NCBI GenBank assembly: GCA_963783575.1
Contig: CAWAOD010000011.1
Location: 352,001-416,000, forward strand
Length of the DNA: 64,000 bases
Source: an uncultured Spirochaetota bacterium
GTDB lineage: Bacteria; Spirochaetota; Brevinematia; Brevinematales; JAOACQ01
Reading direction: 5' to 3'
In this document: piece after piece, positions 42,488 through 53,962 of the stretch
How the letters are laid out: every line of letters starts with the position of its first letter
Position numbering within the stretch: the first letter of the stretch is position 1
The notes under the pieces: generated by a model
What the model saw: only the letters and a program-made list of their open reading frames with translations
Databases searched by the model: none
Told to the model about the DNA's origin: nothing
Program-made: the position numbers and the translations under genes

Positions 42488-43835
42488 TTATTTCTTACTG
42501 TCAGTTTTTAGTTTTTTCTTGTTATCCTGTTCCCTCATTTTTACCAGTTTTGATATCTGGGCATTGAATTCGGGGAAACGAGAGCGCAGATTATCAAAAT
42601 CTAATCGCGACAGGCGGAAAACTTCACAATATGTTAATGTATGAATGCTTGCGTTCCTTTTATCTCCAACAATCAGGGCAGTTTCTCCGACCGGGGATCC
42701 GGGCCTAATTTTATAATTTGTTTATCATTGACAAGGACTTCAACTTCACCTGTGCTTATAAAATACATGCAGTCCCCATATTCTCCCTGTCTGATTATAT
42801 ATTCATTCGGAATAAATACCATCGGCTTGAGTAGATTTATCGCTTCACGAATAAATATCTCATCCGCATTTTTAAACAAATCGACTTTCATTAGCATATT
42901 TCTATTCATATGAAGCAGTACTTCTACGGCCAGGCTGTCGGGAAGCTCATCAATCGGGCTTGCGTTGGAATAACTTTTTTTCATTTCCCATAAATAATTA
43001 TAGTAACTGTAAATTTTTTCCTGAATATCAAGGGGAATCTTTTTAGTCCGGAGAAAGTTGCTGATTTCTTCCAATTTTTTTATATAATTCATCTTCCTAT
43101 ATCAAGGTTTGTTATCAAGCCTGAAACGTTACCTATAATGTAACCATACATACCGACTCCCAAAATTTCAACAAGCATCGTATAAATAATTTGAAGGTCG
43201 TTGTCATGATTCGGATAATAATCTCCGTAACCTATAGTAGCAACTGTAGTTAGACACCAGTATAAAGAACGGATATATTGATTGATTGAAGTAATACCCT
43301 GTTCAGCGGCGCCGATTACAATCCAGCCCAGAGACATATAATGAACCGCCTGAAGAAACCAGAATGCGAATATCATCAACCTCATCACACCCGGATTTAT
43401 TCTAAGGTCTACCTGAATTATTTTGGTAATCTTACGCACTTTAATTAATTTGACTAAAATCAGTAATAAAATTAACAGGAATAATACATCCTTGTTTATT
43501 CCGGCAGGATTATTACCGAATATTAAAAGAACGATCAGGTCGAAAGGAAATGCGGCAATAAAATCTACTGTGAACCAGCCTTTTAAATATAGTTTTGCAA
43601 TTGATGAACGTTCAGTAACAACGGTTATTTTTTGTTTTATTGTTGTATTGAAATTAATTATAACATCAAGGCCGAATATTATTATCAGAATCCAATATAG
43701 CAAATCACCGCTATATTTATGAAATGTAAGGCGGTATGAAAAAACAATTGAAAAACATAAAATTGCCGCAATAACAATTAAATTCCAGAATACCTTAACC
43801 TTGCCGTTATGTGGAAAAACTGGAATTGAGATCAT
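42488..43835 (-). pseudogene. Cyclic-nucleotide-gated K+ channel (SthK-like), two apparent frameshifts
   Basis: 6-TM pattern, YL.GWF.VD, SLYW..TTVATIGYGD filter, C-linker, CNBD (GE.GDCMYFI..GEVEV; GETAL...RNAS in a shifted frame). Confidence 0.85.
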
Positions 43836-43938
43836 TTTAAGCCTTCTATAATAATGTTGTAACAATAATTTCGGATAATAAGGCTTACTTCTGAAATCCT
43901 GAAGTATAATTTATTACTTCTTTAAATAGTTGTAATAT

Positions 43939-46370
43939 TTAGCCGCATTTGGAATATCCGCAAGACAGGCAGGAGTTGCAGTCCTCTGGTTTTAACATAG
44001 GCTTTTTCGCCGCATGTGGGACATACCGCCGCACCAGGTATTGCTTTTTTTTCTTCATTTATTTTATCTGAAATCTTTTCATCATGATCAAAAAGCGTAG
44101 GCTCGGATGAAGCTGCAGTCAACCTCTCCGCATATTCCTTTAAAATCCTGCCTACGGCATCCGGTACGCTTTTAATAAGTTTGCCGTTGTCCCATGCCGA
44201 GGAGTCGCCCATTATACCGATTATAGTATCTGCAAGCTGGTCAACGGGAACACCGCTCTGGAGAGCTATGGAAATAACCCTCCCAAGTGCCTCGGAGAAT
44301 GCCGAAACATCAGAACCATGCTCTGTATATCGATAAAAATCTCTATCGGGTTACCGGAATCATCAGTACCGACAGAAGTATATAAAGTACCGCTACCTGT
44401 TTTGGTTTTAAAGATATCTCCCTTCAACACCTTCGGCCTTGACCATTTTTTGAGTTTTTCTTCGCATCCGGTTTCAGGAGCTTTTTTCTTTTTTTGAGTG
44501 GTCATGGGCTGGAATTGCTTGGTTCCGTCCCTGTATATATGTTATCCCTTTAAGCTTCGATTCCCAGGCGTTTAAATAGATGTTTTCAATTTCTTCAACA
44601 GTTATTTCAGCCGGTAGATTAATAGTCGATGATATGCTGTTGGAAATATAATGCTGTAGTGATGCCTGCATTTTTATCCTGTCAGAATAGGTATATCATG
44701 AGCTGTAACGAATATCTTTTTAATGTTTTCGGGAATACCTTCGATTGTCTGACAGCTTCCCCGTTTTCAACCACTTTTTGAAGAGTGTTCTTATCATTAT
44801 GGATGGCTTTTTCAAATTCAGGATCTGCATAGAGCAAGGTTCCGCCGTCGATCAGGTTTTTATTGTAAGCCAATGCAAACTGCGGCTCAAGTGAGTATGT
44901 GCAAGCATCAAGTATCAAACTGATTGTACCAGTCGGTGCCAGGGTTGTCCAGTTGCTGTTTCTTATTCCGGTTTTTCTAATTCGGTTTTCAATATCATTT
45001 TTTTCATCTTCACTGTCAAAATAATTTCTAACAACAGCAATAAGAGCCTCCTTGTTTTCCTCAAAAACCTCAAAATTTCCCTTTTCTCCGGCCAATTCTA
45101 TGGAAGCTTTTATTGAAGATTGAGTCATAACTCTTGCAATACCGGCGGCAAATTCATAACCTTCCTCTGAATTATAAGGAATACCCAGGTGAAACATAGC
45201 TTCAGCCAACCCGGTAAATCCAAGGCCTATCGGTCTTAATTTAAGAGTATTCCGCCTGAAATCCTCTGTCGGAAACGCGGAAATATCTATAATATTGTCA
45301 AGGGACCTGGTTGCAACACTCACAACACCGGCGAAATCTTCATAATCAAAACCCTTATTTTTCAAAAAACGGATCAGATTAATCGATCCTAAATTACAGC
45401 TTGTATAATTATGAAGGCTCTGTTCACCGCATGGATTTGTTGAAAGTATTTTTCCCATACCGGGTACCGTGTCGAATTCATTGGCCCGGTCGATGAACCA
45501 GATCCGGGATCTGCGGTTCTCCAGGCGGATTGAGCTATTTTATGGAACAATTCCTTTGCAGATACTTTTTTAACTGGAAAGCAGGCATCTAGTGTAAATT
45601 CTTTGTCATCAATAACTGATCGCATAAAATTGTCCGTTACGGCTACGCTGATATTCATATTTGAAAGAGGCTCGAAAAGCTGGCTGCGTATATCTGAAAG
45701 TATCAGATTTATCAGTTCGGTTTGAGGAATGGCCGAATCCAGAGCTTCAGCCACATTTCGAATGATTTCTTCAACAAGATTATCCGGAATTAAGTTTTCC
45801 GGATGATTCTTTTTTAAAGAAGCTAAAAAATCCTTTGATGAAATGAATTCTTCTATATCAGGATGGTTAATGTCCATCATTGCCATAAATGCAGCCCTTC
45901 TCACTCCGCCGCTTTTAACTGTCTCACCGACCTCGTCAAACAAGTGCATAAAGCTTACGGGCCGCTGGAAGTTCCTCCCCTGCCGACAGGAGAGCCTTTC
46001 GGACGGAGAACACCGAAATTCAAGCCCATTCCCGCACCGGATTTGAAAGTCATGGCCGTATCGGTTGCGGATTTCATAATAGATTCCATTGAATCCTCAA
46101 GATTGCCGACAAAACAGCTTGACGAAAGAGGAAAATCCGAGCCGCATTGAAAAGAGTAGGTGAAGAGAACATAAATTTTTGGTTGATCATCAGATCAATC
46201 AAATTGCTTTTTAACTTAATTCTTCCGGAATCATCTTTTTCTGCCGAACTTACAAAATCGGCAACACGGCTGAAAATATCATTTTCATTTTTTTCAAGTA
46301 ATTTTCCTGATTTATCACGCTTAAGATAGAATTTATTAATTATAAACTGGGCATTTTCTGAAAAAGGCAT
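43939..46370 (-). pseudogene. nrdJ: Class II (adenosylcobalamin-dependent) ribonucleotide reductase with C-terminal TSCPD/Zn-finger region, multiple apparent frameshifts
   Basis: SPTLFNA, GGVRRAA, HPDIEEFI, NISV, TNPCGEQ, CNLGSINL, APTGTIS, SISSTIN, terminal C..C...C..CGYSKCG. Confidence 0.88.
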
Positions 46371-46497
46371 TAAGTCCCCCTAATAGTAAGTTAAATTTTA
46401 TATAGCTTTATTGTAATTATTAAAAAGTTCTTCGTCAAAAAAAGTCGGTTATTAAAGAGGATAAATTTATGGGATATATTAGAGTTAAAATATTTTA

Positions 46498-47250
46498 TTA
46501 TAAAATGGTCGGCGGTTTATTATTCCTGATTGCTGTAATAATAATTGAATTCATTCTTTCAAGTTCGGCTTTAATATTCGCTTTCCCTGTAATAACATAG
46601 CCATGTCCTGGTACTATTGCCTCAATATCCAGGGAATTGATTTTCTTTAAAGATTCAAGCCAGGATTTCCATTCGGGAATGCTGCCTTCTTCAAGGTTGG
46701 GAATGAATTCCGGGAGAACACAATCCCCGCAATAAATAACTTTTTCTTCTTTCTGGAAAACAGATAAATTTGATGTTGTATGCCCAGGCGTACATGAATA
46801 CCTGAACATAAATTCCGCCTAAATCGATATTAAAATCATGAGCAATTTTCTTATCCAGATTTATTATCTTTGTGTTTTTAAAGGCAATTAAACCCTCAGC
46901 ATTTTCTTTTCTGGCTTGATTTGATACGCTTGAATTTATTTCATCCAGCATCATTAAAAAATCCTTCTGGTTTCTGTTAATTGAAGAATGGCCAAAAATA
47001 CTTACTCCTTTTTCTGAAAAATACCCGTTTCCGCCGATATGATCTAAATGTTTTTCCGTATTAACAAGTATTAATTCATTTTCAGTTTTAGTTATATGTG
47101 CATAACCGTATATTGTTTGAGCTGAAATGTAATTACTTCCGAAATGATTATTAAAGTTTTATTCTCTCCGGTAATGAACCCGGCATTTACATTCCAAGGT
47201 GGAATATAGTATAATCCGGTGATTGCATAGCAATTATCTGTTATTTTCAT
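46498..47250 (-). pseudogene. MBL-fold metallo-hydrolase, several apparent frameshifts
   Basis: NTEKHLDHIGGN, TPGHT..N, YCGD, VPGHG across frames; ATG at 47250. Confidence 0.75.
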
Positions 47251-47308
47251 ATTGTAAGCCCTTATCGATTAGTATTAATAAAACCTGGCATCATGCTGAG
47301 ATTGCTAC

Positions 47309-47689
47309 TTATTTTATAAATGCTCCCTGTAATATTAATATTCCTGAAACCGAAAAAATTACAGGGCATAATTTAAATGGAATGAAATTAATATTGAATC
47401 CTGTAAATAATGACAATATTGCCATAATAAAAAGCATCATTCCCGAGGAAATATAGACTGTTTTTAGAGTATTATTGTTTTCATTGATTATTATGGTTAA
47501 AATAAGATTTAATATTCCAATAAAGATCAATGTTAATCCCTCGTTAATCCACTCCATTAAAATAATATTTTTATTGTCGGGGGATAATTTCCCAAATCCA
47601 TTCACTACGGCATTTGTCGGAAATAAATGAGAAATTCCCCAGAGAATATTTAATATACTGCCAAAAATAATCAATAATTTTCTAAACAT
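47309..47689 (-). CDS. Small 4-TM membrane protein of unknown function
   Basis: Four hydrophobic helices, WG.SHLFPT and MEWI.EG motifs, GAGGT RBS. Confidence 0.7.
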   Translation of the reverse strand: MFRKLLIIFGSILNILWGISHLFPTNAVVNGFGKLSPDNKNIILMEWINEGLTLIFIGILNLILTIIINENNNTLKTVYISSGMMLFIMAILSLFTGFNINFIPFKLCPVIFSVSGILILQGAFIK

Positions 47690-47724
47690 ATTTACCTCAA
47701 TATATTATATGATTATACCTGCTG

Positions 47725-47841
47725 TTTAAATATTGATGAAGTTTTTGTCTTTCTTTCAGCTTAAGGGCATTGTAAACTGCCCATAGTCCTTTTTATAAAA
47801 ACTGCATTTTAATAAGATTTTTGAACTGCCCATATATTATA
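47725..47841 (-). repeat. Copy 1 of a ~120 bp dispersed repeat / shared 5' leader
   Basis: Shares ATTGATGAAGTTTTTGTCTTTCTT (24/24) and GGGC..G.AAACTGCCCA with 51582-51714. Confidence 0.8.
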
Positions 47842-48087
47842 AAATTAAAATTAAGATAAAGGCAAATGAAAAATGAAACATTCCAGCTTTCTTGACAAAA
47901 TTAATTGTGCCTTTATCATATAATGTGGGGTTGGAAATAATTTACTGGCACAAATAAATCAAAAGTTTATAGTTATTTTTTTTATTGCAATATCAGGATT
48001 GCAATCATTTTTACCTGTCATTGGTTCAACTTTTTATCTTAATTTATGTATCTTATCCAGAACTTGTTTTTCCGGGAGTTTAAACCT

Positions 48088-50694
48088 ATACCAGTCATAA
48101 AAATCATTCTGCTTGTGGAAGATGATACTTTAATAGCCTTAGCCGAATCAAAAATGATTTCCGGATATGGCTTTAAGCGTTGTAGTTTCTAACAGCGGCT
48201 TGAAAGCTGTGGTGGAGTAAGGAGGAATGATGATATTATTCTTGTTTTGATGGATATAAATCTTGGTAAGGGAATAGACGGAACGGAGGCGGCGGAAGAA
48301 ATATTAAAGATCAGGGAAATTCCGGTTATTTTTTTAACATCCCATTTTGAAAAAGAAATGGTCGATGAGTAAAAAATATTACAAGATACGGCTATGTGCT
48401 GAAAAGTTCCGGGGAATTTGTATTGATTGAGACGATAAATATTGCGCTTGAATTATTTGAGGCCAACCGTAAATTAAAGGAGGATATTACCGAGCGTAAA
48501 AAGATTGAAGAAGCGCTTACTGAAAGTGAAGGCAAATACCGTGATCTTGCCGAGAAAAGCCATGTGATGATCTGCGAGATTGACGGTCAGGGAAAGTTTT
48601 TATATGTAAATACAGCTTATAAATTCATTCTTGGCTATGAACCGGATGAGCTGATCGGCTGTAGTGCTTTTGAGATCGGACATCCCGATCAAGCTGAAAA
48701 AGCTTCATGCAAAACTTAAAGAAAATGTAAGCACTGAAAAACAGCAGTCCAATGATTGGCGATTTATTGATAAACATGGAAACTGGCATTGGTTTCAATG
48801 CCTATCAAACGCTTATTTTGGTCCTGACGGACAGATGCGGATTAATGTTGTCAGTTTCGATATTACCGATAAAAAGCAAATTAAAGATGAACTTGCAAAT
48901 ACAAAGGCCATGCTTGAAACGGCTTTTTTACAGAGTCCGGTTCCGATGGTATTGGTCAGCTCGCCGGATTACGTTTTACGCATAGTTAATAAAGCCTGCA
49001 GGAAAATTTTAGGGGTTATTGATGAACCCGAAAAAACAGGAAAATCTTTGTTTGAATTTAAGCAAAGCTGGCAGGATTTTAATGAGGAAGGCATCCCGAA
49101 AAATATAAACGAAATGCCTCTTGCAATGGCTTTAAAAGGTATTGAGACAAAGAATGCCGAATATTTTTTAAAGCGGAAAGATGGTACTATTCGATGGTAT
49201 ATTGCAAGCGCCTCTCCAATTAAAAATGATTCCAGTGAAATAATTGCGGCTTATGTAATATTTGTTGATATTACCGAACGAAAACAGGCTGAAAAATCTC
49301 TTCAAAATAGTGAGGCCAGACTTAATAATGCCCTGATGATTGCCAGGCTTGGTCCCTGGGAATATGATACCGAAAAAGACCTGTTTACTTTTAATGATGC
49401 CTTTTATTCGATTTTTAGGACTACTGCCGAAAAGAACGGCGGTTACATAATGTCATCGAAAGATTATTCTAAGCGTTTTGTTCATCCGGAGGACGCTTTT
49501 ATGGTAGGCATGGAAATTAATAAGGCAATGGAAACTGATGATCCTGATTTTTCCAGCCAGATTGAACATCGGATGATTTATGCAAATGGCAGTTCAGGAT
49601 ATATCTCTGTAAGATTTTTTATAGTTAAAGATGAATTCGGTAAAACAATCAAGACATACGGAGTGAATCAGGATATCACAGATAGAAAAAAGACGGAAAT
49701 GGCTTTAATGGAAAATGTATCCCGCTATAGAAGCCTTTTTGAAAATTCTTCCGACAGTATTTTTTTGATCGATCGTGAAACTTTGCAGATTATAGACGCA
49801 AATCCCGCGGCTTGCCGAACATATGGATATAATTTAGATGAATTTAGAAATATGAAGAATACTGATGTTTCAGCTGAACCTGATAAAACTTCTCAATCCG
49901 TGAAAGAGGGTGTATTATCAGTATTTCTTCGTTATCACCGAAAAAAAAACGGTACTGTCTTTCCGGTGGAAATTTCCGGAGGCTATTTTGAATTAAACGG
50001 CCGTTTATATCATACGGCTTTTATCCGGGATATAACAGAACGAATAAAATCGGAGCAGGAAATTAAAATTCTTATGGAAAAACAGGAACTTCTGTTAAAA
50101 GAAGTTCATCACAGGATTAAAAATGATATGAATGTTATCAGCGGACTTATCTCTATTCAGGCCAATTCAAACAAATATCCGGAAGTTAAATATTCATTGC
50201 AGGAGTTGAAAGCCAGAATTAATGTTATGTTCAATATTTACAATCAATTATATAAAAAAATCGATTTTCAAAGCATTTCACTTAAGGAATTTATTTTTGA
50301 TCTGGTGAATAATATTAAATTATTATACGATGAGATGAATCCCATTGAATTTGAAATGGATATCGATGAAATGGAACTTGACCGTAATTTGTCATTTCCG
50401 CTTGGAATAATTATTAATGAATTAATAACAAACTCATATAAATACGCTTACATTGATTCAGGAAATAAAGATAATAAAAAAATAAAAATCATTTCAAAAA
50501 AACCGGCCGCAGAAATTCTGTCAATTATTATTTCTGACAATGGGAATGGTTTCCCCGAAGATATTTTGGCCAACAGATCCTATGGTTTCGGACTGAAACT
50601 CATCAGCATCCTGTCTGCCCAGATTAAATGCGGTGTAAGGTTTATTAATAATAAAGGTGCATCAGTTGAATTATCAATTCCTATGTCTGTATAA
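48088..50694 (+). pseudogene. Hybrid sensor kinase (receiver + multiple PAS/PAC + HisKA_2/HATPase), frameshifted 5' part; start approximate
   Basis: ILLVEDD, LVLMDINLG..IDG.EAA, IPVIFLT receiver pieces; repeated DIT(E/D)RK PAC ends; LLKEVHHRIKN, NELITNSYKYA, DNGNG. Confidence 0.8.
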
Positions 50695-50706
50695 ATTTTA
50701 TTATAT

Positions 50707-51546
50707 TTACTTATCCTTCCAGACGGAAATACTTTCCAGGATGCTCGTATCCCAGGGGGTTTGTGCTTTTATTATTCTACCGGGATCAGAATCCTCAATC
50801 CAGAAATGCATATCCTTCATATAGGAATCCATAAGCCTGGCTAAGAACGCGTCAGCGATAAAAAAAGTTACTTTTAAAGTATTGAATTTTCCAGCTTTTG
50901 TTTCAAGAACTTCTTTGCCTTCATAAATAAATTTTCCCGGTATAGGAGTTTTTGTTTCCGGAATCACAACATATATAATGCCGCTTTCTTTCATATCAAG
51001 AAACCTTGCCGCTCCGAGCGCGGATGAGTCCATACTCCAGGTCGGGTAGCCTTTCCTGATCTTTATCCTGATTTCTTCAGTCCTTATTTCCATTCCGTTT
51101 TTATGTTTTTCCGTATAAACAGCCTCATTATTTTGCCGATCTATTATTAGATGGAATTCAAACCTTCCGTTTCTGTTTTCAAGTACAAGATTTGTATAAA
51201 AGTCCCAATCGGCACGGATTAGGGAAGAATTTTCCAGGTCAATCCTCATTTGATAGCCGTAATTTGTATAATTTTGAGGTAAGTAGGAATTAGGATTGGA
51301 GCTTGTGCCATGAATATAGATTACCGCTATTTTTTTGTCGGGGTAAAACCTTGTCACCATATTGAAACCCCTGACTCTATCTCCGTTGATATAGACACCG
51401 TATTTAAGAAACTCACCATCCTGAACGGTTATTTTTTTTGATTTCATCGGCGTTGTTTCAACCCTTCCTCCAATAGAGCAGGAGAATATCAAAACCGATG
51501 TGAGTATCATTATGAATGCGATTGGATAATAATTTACTTTAGCCAT
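50707..51546 (-). CDS. Exported lipoprotein, DUF3108-like paralog family member 1
   Basis: Lipobox IFSC; DGEFLKY, KGYP.W, TKAGKFNT.K, FWIEDS motifs shared with four genes at 56.3-59.8 kb. The DUF3108 label is tentative. Confidence 0.6.
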   Translation of the reverse strand: MAKVNYYPIAFIMILTSVLIFSCSIGGRVETTPMKSKKITVQDGEFLKYGVYINGDRVRGFNMVTRFYPDKKIAVIYIHGTSSNPNSYLPQNYTNYGYQMRIDLENSSLIRADWDFYTNLVLENRNGRFEFHLIIDRQNNEAVYTEKHKNGMEIRTEEIRIKIRKGYPTWSMDSSALGAARFLDMKESGIIYVVIPETKTPIPGKFIYEGKEVLETKAGKFNTLKVTFFIADAFLARLMDSYMKDMHFWIEDSDPGRIIKAQTPWDTSILESISVWKDK

Positions 51547-51581
51547 TAAAACCTCCGGTATATACTATTCAAATACAGGTA

Positions 51582-51714
51582 TTTAAAAATTGATGAAGTT
51601 TTTGTCTTTCTTCCATCTCTCTTACAAAAACTCTAGGGCTGTGGAAACTGCCCACAGTTCCGTTTTATTAATAAACCGGTTTAAATGAGATTTTCAAACC
51701 GCCTATATATTATA
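51582..51714 (-). repeat. Copy 2 of the ~120 bp dispersed repeat / shared 5' leader
   Basis: Direct repeat of 47725-47841; also lies between a TATAAT box and the RBS of a minus-strand gene. Confidence 0.8.
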
Positions 51715-51893
51715 CAATATTGAGCTTTAAATATGAATTAAAATCTTGTGAAGGGGATTAAATCAATGATAAGAAGTTTAATTTCCATAATAAGAAGAAT
51801 TAAACCATAATTGGTTATGAACAGTACATTTCCAAAAGCGGACTTAGCAATGAAAATTATTGCAAAAGCAACCCAATAATCTATTTTAAACTT

Positions 51894-51944
51894 TTGGATA
51901 AATCTAAGGATTGGATAAATCTAAGGATTGGATAAATCTAAGGA
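51894..51944 (+). repeat. Perfect 3 x 17 bp tandem repeat TTGGATAAATCTAAGGA
   Basis: Copies at 51894, 51911 and 51928. Confidence 0.95.
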
Positions 51945-51973
51945 TTGACATTTTAATGGTTGAAAGATATACT
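51945..51973 (+). promoter_or_regulatory. sigma70 promoter
   Basis: TTGACA (51945-51950)-17 bp-TATACT (51968-51973). Confidence 0.75.
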
Positions 51974-51984
51974 CATAATTAGAA

Positions 51985-53937
51985 ATGTTTTGCATACAGA
52001 TGCTTGCCAATGTCTATTTTCATATCGTAAAAGTTAAATTAAAAGCAATAAAAAATGAGCATTTTATGGAGAAAGTTGAAATTATTTTTACTATTCGGAA
52101 TAAAAAAGAAGAAGTATTTTCCTTGGATGTTCCTAATTCTTCTGTATCAACCTATGAATTGCTGCCGTCTCTGCAGAATTTATTTGATACTGTAATTCGA
52201 ATTGAATTGCTACAGAATGTTGCAACTTGCCGAAAAGGCTGTCCCGTTTGCTGTAATCAATTGGTACCTTTGAGCATAGCTGAAGTTTTTTATCTGGAGG
52301 GAATTTATTATACTTTACCTATTGATTTACAGATCAAAATAAAAGATAAAATTAACAATTTAGTCAAAGTATTGGATAATAATAAGATTCCATTTGATTT
52401 GGAATCTATTTATAAGAATCCTTCTTTTGAAGAAAAATATTTCAAGCTGGGTATTTCATGTCCATTTCTGGAAAATAATGAATGTGTTATTTATTTGCAG
52501 AGACCTTTTATCTGCCGGGAATACTATGTAACAACACCGGATTCCTTTTGTTTTGATCCTTATCTAAATAAAAATGAAAGAATAAAATTTAGCTTTTCCC
52601 CGGGAGTTCTTCTGTCAAAACTATGTGGCAGCCTATATGAGTGCTCTCCTTTACCCATTCCATTATTTTATTTTTTAGACTGGTCAAATGAATATTGTTT
52701 TTTAAGAGAAAAAAAAGTATCTGCAATTTGGTTTTTTGAGAAACTATTAAATTATCTTTCAAAGTATTATCCGAATGAGAAGTCCAATATCCAATCTATT
52801 AAATGGAAATATATGGTTGATGAAAATAATAACAATATTGCAAATATCATCGATCATTATAAAAATATGGAGATTAATCAAACTGACCGTTACGGAATAT
52901 CACCACTTTACGCATTCATTAGCCAAAAGGGAGGTGTTTTGTATAGGGAAATTTTACTTTCGATGATAAAAAAAGGGGCGTTTATTCAAAATGGTTCTAT
53001 TGTTCCTCCAGTTCAGGAACAGAAGTTACTAACCCGTTTTGCTAATGCGGAAAATATTCGGTTATTATTTGAGTTACTTAAAACCAGGTTTAGGAATATG
53101 GAAGAAAGTTTAATTCTGGAAATCGGCTCTGGAGAAGGCTATTTACGGTATTTAATCTCCCTTCTTAATGATGATGTCATGAACAGCATATCCGGGAGGA
53201 TTATTGAAACAGAGCCGGCAAAAAATATTGTGGAAACATTAATATCTAAAGGGAAGTATATTATAGCAGCTGGTATTGAAGATTTGAAAGAATATTTTGG
53301 CGAAGATTTTACGCCAATGGTTATTAGCATGAATGTCCTGGATTTGTTTAGCAGCGAACAATTAGTAATATATTTGGAAATAATTAAGAATCTTCTTAAA
53401 AAAGATGGCTTGATAGTGCATATCATGTCTTCGGCCATTCATGACAATGTTTTCCGGGACATTATAAATATTTATCCTAATTCTCTTTATCTGCCATATT
53501 ATCTTGAAGGGTTTATTGGGGTCCGCATTACATCCACACAGTGCCTTATAGTGAATGAAAATCCGGATTATACTAAGTTTTTTAGGAATCTGTCGGGGCT
53601 TTTTACTCTTAATCCGGACTATTATATCAAATTAGCGACCGCCGCCGACCAGTGGTTTCATGATCATAATGATGAAAGCACCTGCTTGCTCCTGCATGAA
53701 TTTACTATTAATAAAATAAAAAAAGCAATGAATGATAACGGTTACAACGTAATTTTGGACCGGGAAATAAAATCCGAAAAAAAGATTAAGATGAACGATA
53801 ATCAGGCAAGAATTCAGGGGATCAATCAGTATAGGAATAATCTCGGAGTAATACTGACTGAGTATCAAGCTTCTATTGATCCTGGAATGGCTTTGGAAGA
53901 ATCAAGGTTTTATATTATCATTGGACAGAAAATGTAA
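51985..53937 (+). CDS. YkgJ-family Cys-cluster domain fused to a class I methyltransferase-like domain (true start probably ~52066)
   Basis: CRKGCPVCC and CPFLENNECVIY.QRPFICR; C-half has ILEIGSGEG, SMNVLD, LLKKDGLI. Confidence 0.7.
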   Translation: MFCIQMLANVYFHIVKVKLKAIKNEHFMEKVEIIFTIRNKKEEVFSLDVPNSSVSTYELLPSLQNLFDTVIRIELLQNVATCRKGCPVCCNQLVPLSIAEVFYLEGIYYTLPIDLQIKIKDKINNLVKVLDNNKIPFDLESIYKNPSFEEKYFKLGISCPFLENNECVIYLQRPFICREYYVTTPDSFCFDPYLNKNERIKFSFSPGVLLSKLCGSLYECSPLPIPLFYFLDWSNEYCFLREKKVSAIWFFEKLLNYLSKYYPNEKSNIQSIKWKYMVDENNNNIANIIDHYKNMEINQTDRYGISPLYAFISQKGGVLYREILLSMIKKGAFIQNGSIVPPVQEQKLLTRFANAENIRLLFELLKTRFRNMEESLILEIGSGEGYLRYLISLLNDDVMNSISGRIIETEPAKNIVETLISKGKYIIAAGIEDLKEYFGEDFTPMVISMNVLDLFSSEQLVIYLEIIKNLLKKDGLIVHIMSSAIHDNVFRDIINIYPNSLYLPYYLEGFIGVRITSTQCLIVNENPDYTKFFRNLSGLFTLNPDYYIKLATAADQWFHDHNDESTCLLLHEFTINKIKKAMNDNGYNVILDREIKSEKKIKMNDNQARIQGINQYRNNLGVILTEYQASIDPGMALEESRFYIIIGQKM

Positions 53938-53962
53938 ATAAATTATTCTAAGGAGAAGGGCA

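Noticed and set aside
45389..45949. Intein in nrdJ
   Set aside because: The insertion is short and lacks intein terminal residues.
46498..47250. Metallo-beta-lactamase resistance gene (also 55647..56291)
   Set aside because: MBL fold only; no signal peptide and no support for beta-lactamase activity.
47725..47841. Known riboswitch (c-di-GMP, fluoride, cobalamin)
   Set aside because: Core consensus motifs could not be matched by eye; kept only as an unclassified repeat.
51894..51944. Possible CRISPR array
   Set aside because: 17-bp units are contiguous with no spacers, and no cas genes are present.
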